Of a stretch of 64,000 bases of DNA, positions 39,554-49,213 are shown in pieces. Made by a program: the position numbers and the translations under genes. The notes under the pieces are model-generated. The model had not been told where the DNA came from. It did not search any database and worked only from the letters and a program-made list of their open reading frames with translations. Numbering within the stretch: the stretch's first letter is position 1; every line of letters starts with the position of its first letter. The DNA lies in assembly GCA_963734545.1 (NCBI GenBank), contig CAVTHO010000007.1:288001-352000 (forward strand). The letters run 5' to 3'. Origin of the DNA: an uncultured Spirochaetota bacterium. GTDB taxonomy: Bacteria > Spirochaetota > Spirochaetia > SZUA-6 > Fen-1364.

Positions 39554-41248
39554 ATGCCAGTCAACACCCCTCAGCCCCGGAGGATCCGGATCCTCCGGGA
39601 CGAGGTCTCCCGAAAGATAGCGGCCGGCGAGGTGATCGACCGGCCGTTTTCCATTGTGAGGGAGCTCCTCGACAATGCAATCGACGCGGGCAGCCGTGCC
39701 GTCGACGTCCACCTGGAGGCGGGCGGACTCTCACGGGTGCGTGTCGTGGACGACGGAGCGGGCATGCCTCCGGATGACCTTGCGCTCTGCTGGCAGCCGC
39801 ACGCGACCTCGAAGATCGAAACGGAAGACGACCTGCTGCGCGTGTCCAGCCTCGGTTTCCGGGGGGAGGCGCTTTCCAGCATCGCGGTCTGCAGCCGGCT
39901 CGAGGTGGTGAGCTGTCCGGGAGGGGATGAGCCGGCGCACCGCCTGGAGGTCCGAGGCGGCAGACAGGTGCGCATGGAAGCCTGCCAGGGCCGGAAGGGG
40001 ACCGTGGTCGATGTGACCGAGCTCTTCTACAATTACCCCGCCCGGAAGAAATTCCTGCGCAGCGTTTCGGCCGAGTCCGGTCTCTGCAGGGCCATGTTCA
40101 TCGACAGGGCCGTGGCCCACCCGGGAATCGCGTTTCGCCTGGTCATCGACAATGAAATGAAGCTTTCCCTTCCCGTGGCGGAGACGGTCGACAGGATCGG
40201 GCTCGCCTACGCACAGCTCCTCGATTCGCGGATGCTGGGGCATGCGCGCGTGGACGGAGACGGTTTCAGCGTGAGGCTCGTCGCAGGCCGGCCGGAGCTG
40301 CGTCGCAGGGACCGGAGGCTTCTGCAGTGTTTTGTCAACGGGAGGCGGGTGTCGGAGTTTTCCCTCCTGCAAGCCGCCGAATACGGCTACGCGGGCTACG
40401 TGCCCGGCGGCTGGCATCCGGTGGCGTTTGTGTTCGTGGATGTGGATCCCGGGCTCATCGACTTCAACATCCACCCGGCCAAGAAAGAAGTCAGGTTCCG
40501 CAATCTTCCTGAGGTGCACAAGGCGGTCGTCGAAGCGGCCCGCATTCTGCTTGCGCCCGAGCCGGGGATGCCTGCCACGGGCGGCACGCCTTCGCGTTCC
40601 CCGTACCCTGCCGCGCAGCCGATCCGCGCCGCACAGGGGTTTTCGCTGCCTGTATCGCGTAATGCTGCGCCCGCGCCGATGCCGCAGGAAGACGGCATCA
40701 GGTTCCTCGGACAGGTTTTCGGCGTCTTTCTGGTCTTCGAGCTACCCGGCCGGCTCCTGGTTCTGGACCAGCACGCGGCGCACGAGCGGATCATTTTCGA
40801 GCGCCTCAGCGCGCGCGCGCCCGCGATGCAGGAAATGCTCTTCCCCCTCTGCTTTGACGTGTCGGAGGAGGAGGAAGCGCGCATTGTTGGCGCCGCGCAG
40901 GAGCTCGAAGAAATGGGAATCGCGGTCAGGCGCGCGGGCGCGCGCGCGTTCGAGCTGACGGCGCTCTCCGCGGACTTCCAGGCGCTGGCTGAAGAGCGGC
41001 TCGTAGAGCTCGTGCGCGGCGCGGGCGGGGAGCAGTGGCAGCACGCGTTCCGCGCCATGGCGGCCTGCAAGCTTGCCCTCAGGGAGGGAGACCGCGTGGA
41101 TCCGGTCACCGCTCATGAGCTGTGCGCGCAGGCCCTGCGGCTGCCCGTGCCGCGCTGCCCGCACGGCCGTCCCATATGGCACGAGCTGTCCGAGGAGACC
41201 CTTCTCCGCCTGGTCGACAGGCCGGCGCGGGAGAAGCCTCGAGACTGA
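39554..41248 (+). CDS. mutL: DNA mismatch repair endonuclease MutL
   Basis: KIAAGEVIDRP, HATSKI, GFRGEAL, DQHAAHER, ACK, CPHGRP. Confidence 0.97.
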   Translation: MPVNTPQPRRIRILRDEVSRKIAAGEVIDRPFSIVRELLDNAIDAGSRAVDVHLEAGGLSRVRVVDDGAGMPPDDLALCWQPHATSKIETEDDLLRVSSLGFRGEALSSIAVCSRLEVVSCPGGDEPAHRLEVRGGRQVRMEACQGRKGTVVDVTELFYNYPARKKFLRSVSAESGLCRAMFIDRAVAHPGIAFRLVIDNEMKLSLPVAETVDRIGLAYAQLLDSRMLGHARVDGDGFSVRLVAGRPELRRRDRRLLQCFVNGRRVSEFSLLQAAEYGYAGYVPGGWHPVAFVFVDVDPGLIDFNIHPAKKEVRFRNLPEVHKAVVEAARILLAPEPGMPATGGTPSRSPYPAAQPIRAAQGFSLPVSRNAAPAPMPQEDGIRFLGQVFGVFLVFELPGRLLVLDQHAAHERIIFERLSARAPAMQEMLFPLCFDVSEEEEARIVGAAQELEEMGIAVRRAGARAFELTALSADFQALAEERLVELVRGAGGEQWQHAFRAMAACKLALREGDRVDPVTAHELCAQALRLPVPRCPHGRPIWHELSEETLLRLVDRPAREKPRD

Positions 41249-41284
41249 CCCTGCGGCCGGCCCCGCTCTCTCCGGCTGGTTCCT

Positions 41285-43192
41285 CTACTTGAGCTGATCC
41301 AGTAGTTTCTGCGCCTCGTCCTTGACGTCCGGCTTGGGATTCTTGGCGAGCAGCCGTGTGAGAAGGTCCTTTGCGTCCCTGTTGTTGCCCTCTTTCACGA
41401 ATATCCGGGCAAGCTTGATGTACACGTCCTGGTTGGTGGGATCCTTTGACAGCACGTTCAGAAACGCCCTTTTCGCCTCCGGGAGCTGGCCGGTTTCAGC
41501 GTATGCGAGGGCGAGATTGTACTCGGTGACCTTCGAATCTGGCTGGATGGACAAGGCCTTCGAGAGGTGCGTGATGCTGTCCTGGTACTGCTGCTGGTGC
41601 AGATAGACATTGCCCAGATTGTTCTGCACTTCGTAGGACTCGGGAAGAACCTCCTGCGCCGTGAGGAGGAGGGGAAGCGCCTTGTCCGGCATGCCGCGGC
41701 TGTCGTACATCCCTCCGAGATTGATCAATGCAGGCGCGAACCTCGGGTCCTTCTCCACCGCAATGCCGTAGTATTTCAGCGCGTCATCCACGTTGCCCAG
41801 TTTTTCGTTCGCCAGCCCGAGGATGTAGTTGCCGGATGATGAATTGGGGTCGCGGTCCACCGCTTTCTGCGCGAAGGCGAGGGCCTCCCGCGGCTTTCCC
41901 AGCTTTATTTTCACTGATGCCATGTTGTAGTTGGCCACGGTGCTGTCAGGTTCCTGCGCAAGGGCACGGGTGAATGTGCTCTCCGCGCCGGCGAAATCGC
42001 CGCGCGCCATGTAGGTGGCGCCCAGCTCGCGCATGTACCCGGCGTTGTCCGGCGCGTACTGCGCGGCGAGCTTGAACTCATCCAGCGCGCCGGCAATGTC
42101 GCCCTTGTCGCGGAGGAGGTAGCCGACCATGTAATGGGAGTCGGCGTCGTCTTTTTTCGTCGCGATGGCGGATTTGAAAGCGTCCACTGCCCGCGCCTTG
42201 TCACCGAGCTGCACAAGACTCATGCCGCGGTTGAAATGAGCACGGGTGAAATCGGGACGCAGCGCCACGCATCCCTCGAAAGATTTCTGGGCGTCCGAAA
42301 AAAGCCTGGCGCGATACTGCAGCTTGCCGAGCGCGTACAGGGCGTCCGCGTCGCTGGGATTGAGGCGCGCGGCGGCCTTGTATTCCCGCATGGCGTCCTC
42401 GGAGAGCTTGCGGCTGTCATAGATCTCTCCCAGCGTCTTGTGCGGGAGCCAATTGTCGGGATTCTTGTCGATGGCCTTCTTGGAGAGATCGACCGCTTTC
42501 TGCACGCCTGCCGAATCCGAAGGATTCTCCCTCCACCAGGAAAGCCCTGCAAACGCAAGAGCGTCCGAGTTGTCGGGAGCCAGGGCAACGGCCTGCTCGA
42601 AGGTCTTCCGCGCCTCGTTATACCGGCCCGCATTGAAGGCGGCGGCGCCCTTTTCCATCAGGTCATGGATCTTTTTCTGCAGCTCCTTTTCCTTCGTGGA
42701 GGCGCCTTCGGGCGGCGGCGTGGTCGTCTGCTGAACCACGATCTTCTGCTGCTGGTTTTTCAGCGTGTCAGTGAGTTGCGCGAGCCCTGCCTTGAGCTGG
42801 TCCTGCTGCGCTTTCAGCGCGGCAAGCTCGTTCTGTTTTGCCGCTTCCGCCGCGGCCTTTTTCCGTGCCAGGACATCGTCCAGGGCCGCTTTCACTCTCG
42901 GATCATCGATGCTGAGCTCGTTCAAGACCTTGAGCGCTTCCTCGAACTCGCCCTTTCCGGCGTAATAATCGGCACGCTTCAGGCCCTCAACCACGTTTGG
43001 TCCCGCGGGGGCGGAAACGGGAGGGCGGGTGACCAGGTAAGTCCCGACTGCCACAAGCAGGCAGATTGCCACGATGAGGCCGACCAGCAGAGGCGTGGAG
43101 AGTCTTCGGCCGGATTGGGTGTCCCGTCTCGGTGCGCGCGGCGCGGGGGAGCGGCCGGTGGACCGGCCTTTGTCGTGCGAGGGTGTCTGCAT
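41285..43192 (-). CDS. Membrane-anchored multi-TPR protein
   Basis: Single N-terminal TM, coiled coil, more than 10 TPR repeats. Confidence 0.85.
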   Translation of the reverse strand: MQTPSHDKGRSTGRSPAPRAPRRDTQSGRRLSTPLLVGLIVAICLLVAVGTYLVTRPPVSAPAGPNVVEGLKRADYYAGKGEFEEALKVLNELSIDDPRVKAALDDVLARKKAAAEAAKQNELAALKAQQDQLKAGLAQLTDTLKNQQQKIVVQQTTTPPPEGASTKEKELQKKIHDLMEKGAAAFNAGRYNEARKTFEQAVALAPDNSDALAFAGLSWWRENPSDSAGVQKAVDLSKKAIDKNPDNWLPHKTLGEIYDSRKLSEDAMREYKAAARLNPSDADALYALGKLQYRARLFSDAQKSFEGCVALRPDFTRAHFNRGMSLVQLGDKARAVDAFKSAIATKKDDADSHYMVGYLLRDKGDIAGALDEFKLAAQYAPDNAGYMRELGATYMARGDFAGAESTFTRALAQEPDSTVANYNMASVKIKLGKPREALAFAQKAVDRDPNSSSGNYILGLANEKLGNVDDALKYYGIAVEKDPRFAPALINLGGMYDSRGMPDKALPLLLTAQEVLPESYEVQNNLGNVYLHQQQYQDSITHLSKALSIQPDSKVTEYNLALAYAETGQLPEAKRAFLNVLSKDPTNQDVYIKLARIFVKEGNNRDAKDLLTRLLAKNPKPDVKDEAQKLLDQLK

Positions 43193-43197
43193 GTGTC

Positions 43198-43887
43198 TCA
43201 GTCCTTGATATCGACGTCCACCGGATCGGTCCGGCCCTTGATTGAATCCACTGACAGGTTTTTCGTATCTTCCCCGGCATTGTTCAGGCTGTTCAGCACT
43301 TCGTTCATCAGCGCCTGCTGCCTGGCAAGGGCGGCCTGCCGGGCCTGCTCCTGATCATCCTGGGCCTGACGGAGGAGGGCGATCAGCTTCTCGATGCTCG
43401 GCCTTTGCGGATCCTGGGGGAGGAGCTGGAGAAAAAGGGTGTAGTCGGCAACGGCACCGCTGTAATTCTGGAGCTGCAGGCGAGCCTGGGCCCGGTTGAG
43501 GTAGCCTTTTGCCAGATCCTTGTTGGCCGCAAGAGCGCTGTTGTACATTTCCTCCGCGAAGGCGAACTCCTTGCGGCTGAAGAAGTCATTTCCCATGTTG
43601 TAATAGAAAAGGTCCTTGAAGGAGGTGGCGACGTTCAATCCCCTCTTGAGGATATCGATTGCCTTCTGCGGGTCTCCGAGCTGCTGGTAGATGATCCCGA
43701 GGTAGAGGTAGATCTTCTCGTTTGAAGGATCTTCATTCAGGGCGCTTTCGAGGAGCGGCTGGGCGTCCCGGGGCTTGTTCTGGACGAATAGCGCCTCGCC
43801 CTTGTCGAAAAAAGCGGAAACGGCGAAGACTGCCCCGCAGGAAAAGAGAAGAAAACCGGCCAGGGTCAATCGCTTTGTCATCTGCAT
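43198..43887 (-). CDS. Exported TPR protein
   Basis: Signal peptide, TPR repeats (YLYLGIIYQQLG, YYNMGNDFF). Confidence 0.85.
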   Translation of the reverse strand: MQMTKRLTLAGFLLFSCGAVFAVSAFFDKGEALFVQNKPRDAQPLLESALNEDPSNEKIYLYLGIIYQQLGDPQKAIDILKRGLNVATSFKDLFYYNMGNDFFSRKEFAFAEEMYNSALAANKDLAKGYLNRAQARLQLQNYSGAVADYTLFLQLLPQDPQRPSIEKLIALLRQAQDDQEQARQAALARQQALMNEVLNSLNNAGEDTKNLSVDSIKGRTDPVDVDIKD

Positions 43888-44033
43888 GTCCCCTTAGAGT
43901 ATACCGCGCCGCAGGGCACGCGTCGCGCGCGATGATGCACGGAATGCCCTCGTTTCTATCGTCGGTACGGGGTGGGAGAGCTTGACCGTTTTCAACGGGC
44001 GGACAGGCTCCGGGAGGGCCAGGTGCAGGCTTG

Positions 44034-44312
44034 CTACTGCTCCTGGGCGCGCAGATGATCCTGCGCTGTGGCCTGCATGCGCTCATGGATGAAGTCGACC
44101 GTGTCGGATATCTTCTGGATCTTCTCGCCTGCGTCATCCGCGATCGAAATGCCGAATGCTGCCTCGATTTCGTAGACAATCTCGGCAACGTCCAGTGAAT
44201 CCAGGCCAAGGTCGAATTTGAGATGCTTGTCGGGACTCAATGATGCCCGCTCCATCGAGGTGTGTTTCGAGAGGATATCGATCAGTTTCTCCTGAATCTC
44301 AATTTTATCCAT
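44034..44312 (-). CDS. acpP: Acyl carrier protein
   Basis: DLGLDSLD phosphopantetheine site, EAAFGISI. Confidence 0.9.
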   Translation of the reverse strand: MDKIEIQEKLIDILSKHTSMERASLSPDKHLKFDLGLDSLDVAEIVYEIEAAFGISIADDAGEKIQKISDTVDFIHERMQATAQDHLRAQEQ

Positions 44313-44427
44313 AAACTGACTCCTCGACTCTGATCTTCTGCATGTATATACGAGTTCCGCATCTTTGTCAAAGGCCGCGCGGCGCGTTGCACCAGGGTGC
44401 CCGATTCACTATATTCGTGAGCAAGCA

Positions 44428-45099
44428 ATGAGACTCCTCTGCATAGCCGACCATGTGGACCCGCTGATCTACAGCACGGGCCTCAAGACCCGGTACGGCA
44501 ATGTCGACCTGGTCTTGAGCGCGGGAGACCTCACGCTCGACTACTATGACTTCATCGTCAGCACGCTGAACAAGCCGCTGTACTTCGTGTACGGAAACCA
44601 TCACCTGGAAGGGCGGAATGAGGAAGGGATTGCAGCGGATCCCTTCGACAAGAACCGAAACTGCGAGCCGGGGACAGCCTCGGCATGCGGGGCGACATGC
44701 CTGGAGGGAAAAGTCGTGCGGAAGAAGGGGCTCATCCTGGCCGGACTGGGAGGGAGCATCTGGTACAATGGGGGAGAAAACCAGTACACCGACTTCACCA
44801 TGTTTCTCGTCATCCTGCGGATGGTGCCCCGCCTTCTCTGGCACAGGATCATGCACGGAAAGTTTCTGGATATCCTGGTCACCCATTCGCCTCCGTACGG
44901 GATAAATGACCTGCCCGATCCCTGTCACACGGGGTTTCGTGTCTTTCTCTGGTTCATGAGGACATTCAAGCCGAGCTACCTCGTGCACGGACACGTGCAT
45001 TTGTACGACAGGAACGCTGCCCGGGAGGCGCATTACGGAGCAACGACGATTATAAACGCGTATGACCACATCATGATCGATCTGGGGAACACAACATGA
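44428..45099 (+). CDS. Metallophosphoesterase
   Basis: IADH, SAGDL, YGNH, LVTHSPP, VHGHVH. Confidence 0.85.
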   Translation: MRLLCIADHVDPLIYSTGLKTRYGNVDLVLSAGDLTLDYYDFIVSTLNKPLYFVYGNHHLEGRNEEGIAADPFDKNRNCEPGTASACGATCLEGKVVRKKGLILAGLGGSIWYNGGENQYTDFTMFLVILRMVPRLLWHRIMHGKFLDILVTHSPPYGINDLPDPCHTGFRVFLWFMRTFKPSYLVHGHVHLYDRNAAREAHYGATTIINAYDHIMIDLGNTT

Positions 45100-46028
45100 G
45101 CGACCGAATGTACCAGACCCTTGCGCGCAATGACTTCAGCAAGCTGCGGACGCAGCAGTCCTTCAGGAAGATACTCTCCCTGCTCAAGGCGCAGAAGGAC
45201 GAAATGCTCTCCCTGGGGGACGTACGCTCTCTGCTGCGGCCCGATTCGGAGGTCTACCGGGGAATGCAGACCGTTGCCATCGCGAAGATCATTGGCAGCG
45301 AAGGGCGGTACAGGGATTTCGACAGGGCGTTCCTGCCCCGGCACGACAAGCTGATGGGCCGCTGGATGAGGGTGGACCTGGCGCACTACCAGAATGTCCC
45401 CCTGCCGCCGATACAGCTTTTCGAGATTGGCGGCGTGTACTTCGTGCGCGACGGCAATCACCGGGTGTCCGTGGCCAAGTCGCAGGGGGCGGAGTTCATC
45501 GACGCCGAGGTGATCTCCCTTTCATCGGAGATTTCTCTCTCCTCCCACATGACGCTGGAGGAGCTCAAGCGCGCCGTCATCGACTTCGAGAAGCGCAGGT
45601 TCTTCGAGACCACCCGGCTCGACATCCATCGGCCGGACTGCGTCCTGGAGTTCACCGAGGTAGGGCGCTACGATGAGCTGCTCTGTCACATCAGCGAGCA
45701 CAAGTGGTACATCAATCTCAAGAAGACCGAAGAGATCCCCTTCGAGCAGGCCGCGGTTTCCTGGTACGACCATGTGTACTTCCCGATCATCTCGATCCTG
45801 CGCGAGGCGAAGCTCCTCGCCGCCTGCCCGCAGGCCACGGAGGCGGACCTGTACGTGTTCATCGGCAAGCACTGGAGCGAGCTGAACAGGCGCTATGGAC
45901 CCCTCTTCACGCTGGAGGAGGCGGCCGAGGATTTCACGGTGAGCTCACAGAAGTCCGGTCTCCCGGGAAGGGCCCGCGTGATGTGGGGAAGGCTGAAAAG
46001 CGCGCTGCGGCTCCTCTTCCGCCGCTGA
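45096..46028 (+). CDS. ParB/Srx-like N-terminal domain + DUF4032-like domain protein
   Basis: IIGSEGRYRDFD, LPPIQL, YFVRDGNHRVSVAK; HKWYIN, SWYDHVY.P, TEADLY. Confidence 0.78.
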   Translation: MSDRMYQTLARNDFSKLRTQQSFRKILSLLKAQKDEMLSLGDVRSLLRPDSEVYRGMQTVAIAKIIGSEGRYRDFDRAFLPRHDKLMGRWMRVDLAHYQNVPLPPIQLFEIGGVYFVRDGNHRVSVAKSQGAEFIDAEVISLSSEISLSSHMTLEELKRAVIDFEKRRFFETTRLDIHRPDCVLEFTEVGRYDELLCHISEHKWYINLKKTEEIPFEQAAVSWYDHVYFPIISILREAKLLAACPQATEADLYVFIGKHWSELNRRYGPLFTLEEAAEDFTVSSQKSGLPGRARVMWGRLKSALRLLFRR

Positions 46029-46032
46029 CGCG

Positions 46033-46407
46033 TCACCCTCCCTGGACGTAGGCCTCGTATTCCTTTTCCGTCAGCAGGTTCTGAAGCTCGTCCGGGTTTT
46101 TCATCTCGAGCACGATCAGCCAGCCTTCGCCGAGGGGATCCTTGTTGATGAGGGCGCAGCTTTCCTCCGAAGCGAGAACTGCATTCACCTGGGCAACGGT
46201 GCCCGAGACCGGGGCGTAGATCTCGCTCGAGGATTTCAGGGAATCCACCGTGCAGGCCACCTCTCCACGCTCGAGGCGCCGGCCCGGCGCGGGGAGCTCG
46301 ACATAGGCGATATCGCCCAGCTCCCGCTGAGCGAAATCCGAGATGCCGACCTTCGCGCGGCTGCCTTCTGTGAGCACCCAGGTATGGTCTTTCGTGTAGA
46401 ACAGCAT
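46033..46407 (-). CDS. gcvH: Glycine cleavage system H / lipoyl carrier protein
   Basis: YTKDHTW, GISDFAQRELGDI, VDSLK(lipoyl)SSSEIYAPVSG. Confidence 0.92.
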   Translation of the reverse strand: MLFYTKDHTWVLTEGSRAKVGISDFAQRELGDIAYVELPAPGRRLERGEVACTVDSLKSSSEIYAPVSGTVAQVNAVLASEESCALINKDPLGEGWLIVLEMKNPDELQNLLTEKEYEAYVQGG

Positions 46408-46416
46408 GTGTCTGCC

Positions 46417-48900
46417 TCAGTCGAGCAGAGGATTGCCGCCGGAAGCGCCCCCCGGCTCTGAACCGGGACCTCCCCCGTCCAGCGGCTGGCCCGCCATGCC
46501 GCCTCCCCCCTGGAGGTCCGGATTGGCAAGCAGGGAGTTCTTCAGATTCTCCAGCGTCGAGGTCGCCTGGGTGGAATTGTATTCGTCCAGCTCGTCAAAG
46601 GTCTTCGGTTCCGTGCCGGCGAGGAAGACCTCGGTGATGGTTTTCTTGGTGTAGGCGGTCGGCAGGAGCCCGGAGGTCGCGCTGACCACCATGTCCACGA
46701 GCCCCGTTTCGGGCCGGGAAAACCTCTTGGGCGGCAGGTCCTTGTGTATTGCCTTCATGAATCTGGCCCAGGTGGGACCGGCGATGGCGGCTCCCGTCAG
46801 CGCGGTGCCGAGGGACCGGTTTCCCTGGTCGAACCCGTACCAGACAGCGGTGGTGACGTAGGGGGAGAAGCCGACGGTCCAGGCGTCCGACCAGTTCTGG
46901 GTGGTTCCCGTCTTGGCCGCAAAGGGCTGGCCCTTGTCGTTCCAGATGTCGAGCATGCCGCCGACGCCGCCGAGTGTCCCTTCCTTGATGGTGCTTTGCA
47001 GGATGCTCGTCATGATGTAGGCCGTCTGCCTGCTCATGATCTGCGCCGAATCGCCCTTCCTGCTCTCTTTGGCCAGGATCTCCTTTGCCGGCTCCAGGAT
47101 GATTTTTCCATTCCTGTCTTCTATGTACCGGATGGACACCGGCACGACCTCGCGGCCGCCCGTGGCGAAAACAGAGTACGCGCGCGCCATCTCGAGCGGG
47201 GAGACGGTGATGATCCCCAGGCCGAGGGGATAGTACCGCGGAAACCGGCGATCGATCTCCGCCGGGTCCGTGACACCCAGCATCCGGCTCGCTCTCTGGA
47301 TTGCCGCGTCGAACCCGATGCCGTCCAGGACCCTGAGGGAGGGCACATTCATGGATTCCGCCAGGGCGTCACGCAGCAGCACCCTGCCGTGCCATTGTCC
47401 CTTGTAGTTGAGGGGCTCGTAGAGTGTCCCGTCGGCGTTGGTGAACACCACGGGAGCATCCATGATCATCGTCGCGGGCGTGAATTTGCGGGAGTCGATG
47501 GCCGCCGAATAGTAGAGGGGCTTGAAAGCCGATCCCGGCTCGACCTCCGACTGCGTGGCCCGGTTGAACTGGTCCGCGCTGGAGAACTGCCGTCCTCCCA
47601 CCATGGCGAGGATGTATCCATTGGAGGGGTCGATGGAGACCAGCGCACCCTGCACCTGGGTCTTGCGCGTGACGGCGAGGCCCGAATCGATTCCCGAGGA
47701 CACGATGGCCTGCGCCTTCTGGAGGGAGAAAAGCGACGCGACCATCTCCACGACAGGCCCCATCTTCCTGGCATAGTCCCGCTTGGCGTTCCCGGTGGCG
47801 TTCCGGTTGCGGTACATCAGGTCATCGATGTCGAAGGAAAGCCCGAGCATGTCGATGAGCGGAAGGTATGACGCGTTGGAAGCCGCGATCTTGGCCCCGG
47901 AGCTGGAGAGATAGAGGGAGTTCACCTTGTCGATGTCTTCCGCCATTCTCTTGTCCGCTTCCCTCTGGTAGTCGAGGTTGAGCGTGGTGTGCACCACCAG
48001 GCCGTCGGTGAGATAGTTGTACGATCCGACCAGGAGGTCCTCCAGCTGGCCCCTGATGTACTCGCTGAAGTACGGTGCCTTGTCTTCCCTGTCGAGAAAC
48101 GCGCTGCTGTTGGACCGCGTATAGTCGTACTTTGTCCAATACTCGTCGAAGGAGTCGTCCGCCTCCTTCTTTGCCACGTAGCCCAGCTTGACCATCTGGT
48201 CGAGAATTTCCCGCTGGAGACGCCGCGCCCGCTGCGGGTTCTTGATGGGGGAGTTGACCGACGGGCTGGCAAGCTGGATGACGAGCATGGCGGATTCCGC
48301 GACCGTGTCCTCCTCGACGGGATGCTTGAAAAAGAACTTGCTGGCCGCCTGAACGCCCTGGGTCCCGGCCCCGAAGGGCATCTCATTGAGGTACATCTCC
48401 ATGATCTCTTGCTTGGTGTAGCGCCGCTCCATCTGGATGGCCCACCACAGCTCCACCAGCTTGCGCTTGATGGAAATGTCCGTCCTGTCCGCATAGAGCC
48501 TGCCGGCGAGCTGCTGGGTGATGGTGCTCGCGCCGGAGACGTATCGGCCCGTCATGATGTTGAAAAGCGCCCGGGTCAGACCACGGAGGCTGAACCCGTG
48601 GTGGGAATAGAAGTTCCTGTCCTCCCGGGTCAGCAGGGCGTCAACGAGGTGCTGGGGCACCTGGTCGATCGTGATCGGCTCCCGGCTCTGCTCGCCGAAG
48701 AACTGCGTAATCTCCCTGTCGTTGATGTCGAGTATCTTCGTGGGGAGGGCGGGCTGATGCTCGCCGAACTGCTCTTTCACGGAAATGTTGCGCGTGGCCG
48801 CCAGGGCGATGCCCAGTGTCACTCCCAGAAGAATGGCCACTGCAAAAGACACTATCAACAATGTCTCGAAGACCGTGTTCTTTTTCGGGTTCAGATGCAC
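46417..48900 (-). CDS. Class A penicillin-binding protein (PBP1A family)
   Basis: EDRNFYSHHG, GASTITQQL, PGSAFKP, SMN, AKTGT. Confidence 0.95.
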   Translation of the reverse strand: MHLNPKKNTVFETLLIVSFAVAILLGVTLGIALAATRNISVKEQFGEHQPALPTKILDINDREITQFFGEQSREPITIDQVPQHLVDALLTREDRNFYSHHGFSLRGLTRALFNIMTGRYVSGASTITQQLAGRLYADRTDISIKRKLVELWWAIQMERRYTKQEIMEMYLNEMPFGAGTQGVQAASKFFFKHPVEEDTVAESAMLVIQLASPSVNSPIKNPQRARRLQREILDQMVKLGYVAKKEADDSFDEYWTKYDYTRSNSSAFLDREDKAPYFSEYIRGQLEDLLVGSYNYLTDGLVVHTTLNLDYQREADKRMAEDIDKVNSLYLSSSGAKIAASNASYLPLIDMLGLSFDIDDLMYRNRNATGNAKRDYARKMGPVVEMVASLFSLQKAQAIVSSGIDSGLAVTRKTQVQGALVSIDPSNGYILAMVGGRQFSSADQFNRATQSEVEPGSAFKPLYYSAAIDSRKFTPATMIMDAPVVFTNADGTLYEPLNYKGQWHGRVLLRDALAESMNVPSLRVLDGIGFDAAIQRASRMLGVTDPAEIDRRFPRYYPLGLGIITVSPLEMARAYSVFATGGREVVPVSIRYIEDRNGKIILEPAKEILAKESRKGDSAQIMSRQTAYIMTSILQSTIKEGTLGGVGGMLDIWNDKGQPFAAKTGTTQNWSDAWTVGFSPYVTTAVWYGFDQGNRSLGTALTGAAIAGPTWARFMKAIHKDLPPKRFSRPETGLVDMVVSATSGLLPTAYTKKTITEVFLAGTEPKTFDELDEYNSTQATSTLENLKNSLLANPDLQGGGGMAGQPLDGGGPGSEPGGASGGNPLLD

Positions 48901-48906
48901 TCAAAA

Positions 48907-48936
48907 AGAATAAGAAGCTTGGGGGGGGCATGTCAA
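48907..48936 (-). promoter_or_regulatory. PBP1A promoter with an 8-nt homopolymer in the spacer
   Basis: TTGACA-18 nt (contains C8; G8 on the plus strand)-TATTCT, 6 nt before the GTG start. Confidence 0.6.
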
Positions 48937-48975
48937 TGGTGCGAGGGCCCTGTCACGCCCTTCACTGTGTGCGGA

Positions 48976-49083
48976 GTACCGCTCAAATCACCGGGAGCGG
49001 CCTCCGGCCGCGGTCGTGATTTGTGCGGGTACCGCTCAAATCACCGGGAGCAGCCTGCGGCTGCCGGTCGTGATTTGTGCGCG
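48976..49083. repeat. Two tandem 53-54-bp palindromic elements
   Basis: gtaccgctcaaatcaccgggagc...ggtcgtgatttgtgcg at 48976 and 49029; CAAATCAC/GTGATTTG arms. Confidence 0.88.
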
Positions 49084-49085
49084 AC

Positions 49086-49119
49086 AAAAAAAGAGGCCGA
49101 CTCCCGAAGGAGCCGGCCT
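49086..49119 (-). terminator. Rho-independent terminator
   Basis: AGGCCGGCTCC-TTCG-GGAGTCGGCCT followed by C-T7 on the minus strand. Confidence 0.85.
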
Positions 49120-49183
49120 GCCTGATGTGGTGCCTTTCGACATAGTAAACTGGGAGGGGAACTACATCTAGGACACCAACACC
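49086..49183 (-). ncRNA. Candidate ~98-nt sRNA with a C-rich (anti-SD) loop
   Basis: 5' stem-loop exposing UUCCCCUCCC, then a strong terminator; TAAA-N17-GACGATAA lies directly upstream. Confidence 0.45.
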
Positions 49184-49213
49184 TTTCTTATCGTCATTAA
49201 GTTCCCGTCAACT

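Noticed and set aside
43955-43986. sigma28-like TCAA-N18-GACGATAG upstream of the TPR genes
   Set aside because: Spacing too long, and a closer sigma70-type TATACT exists; not supportable alone.
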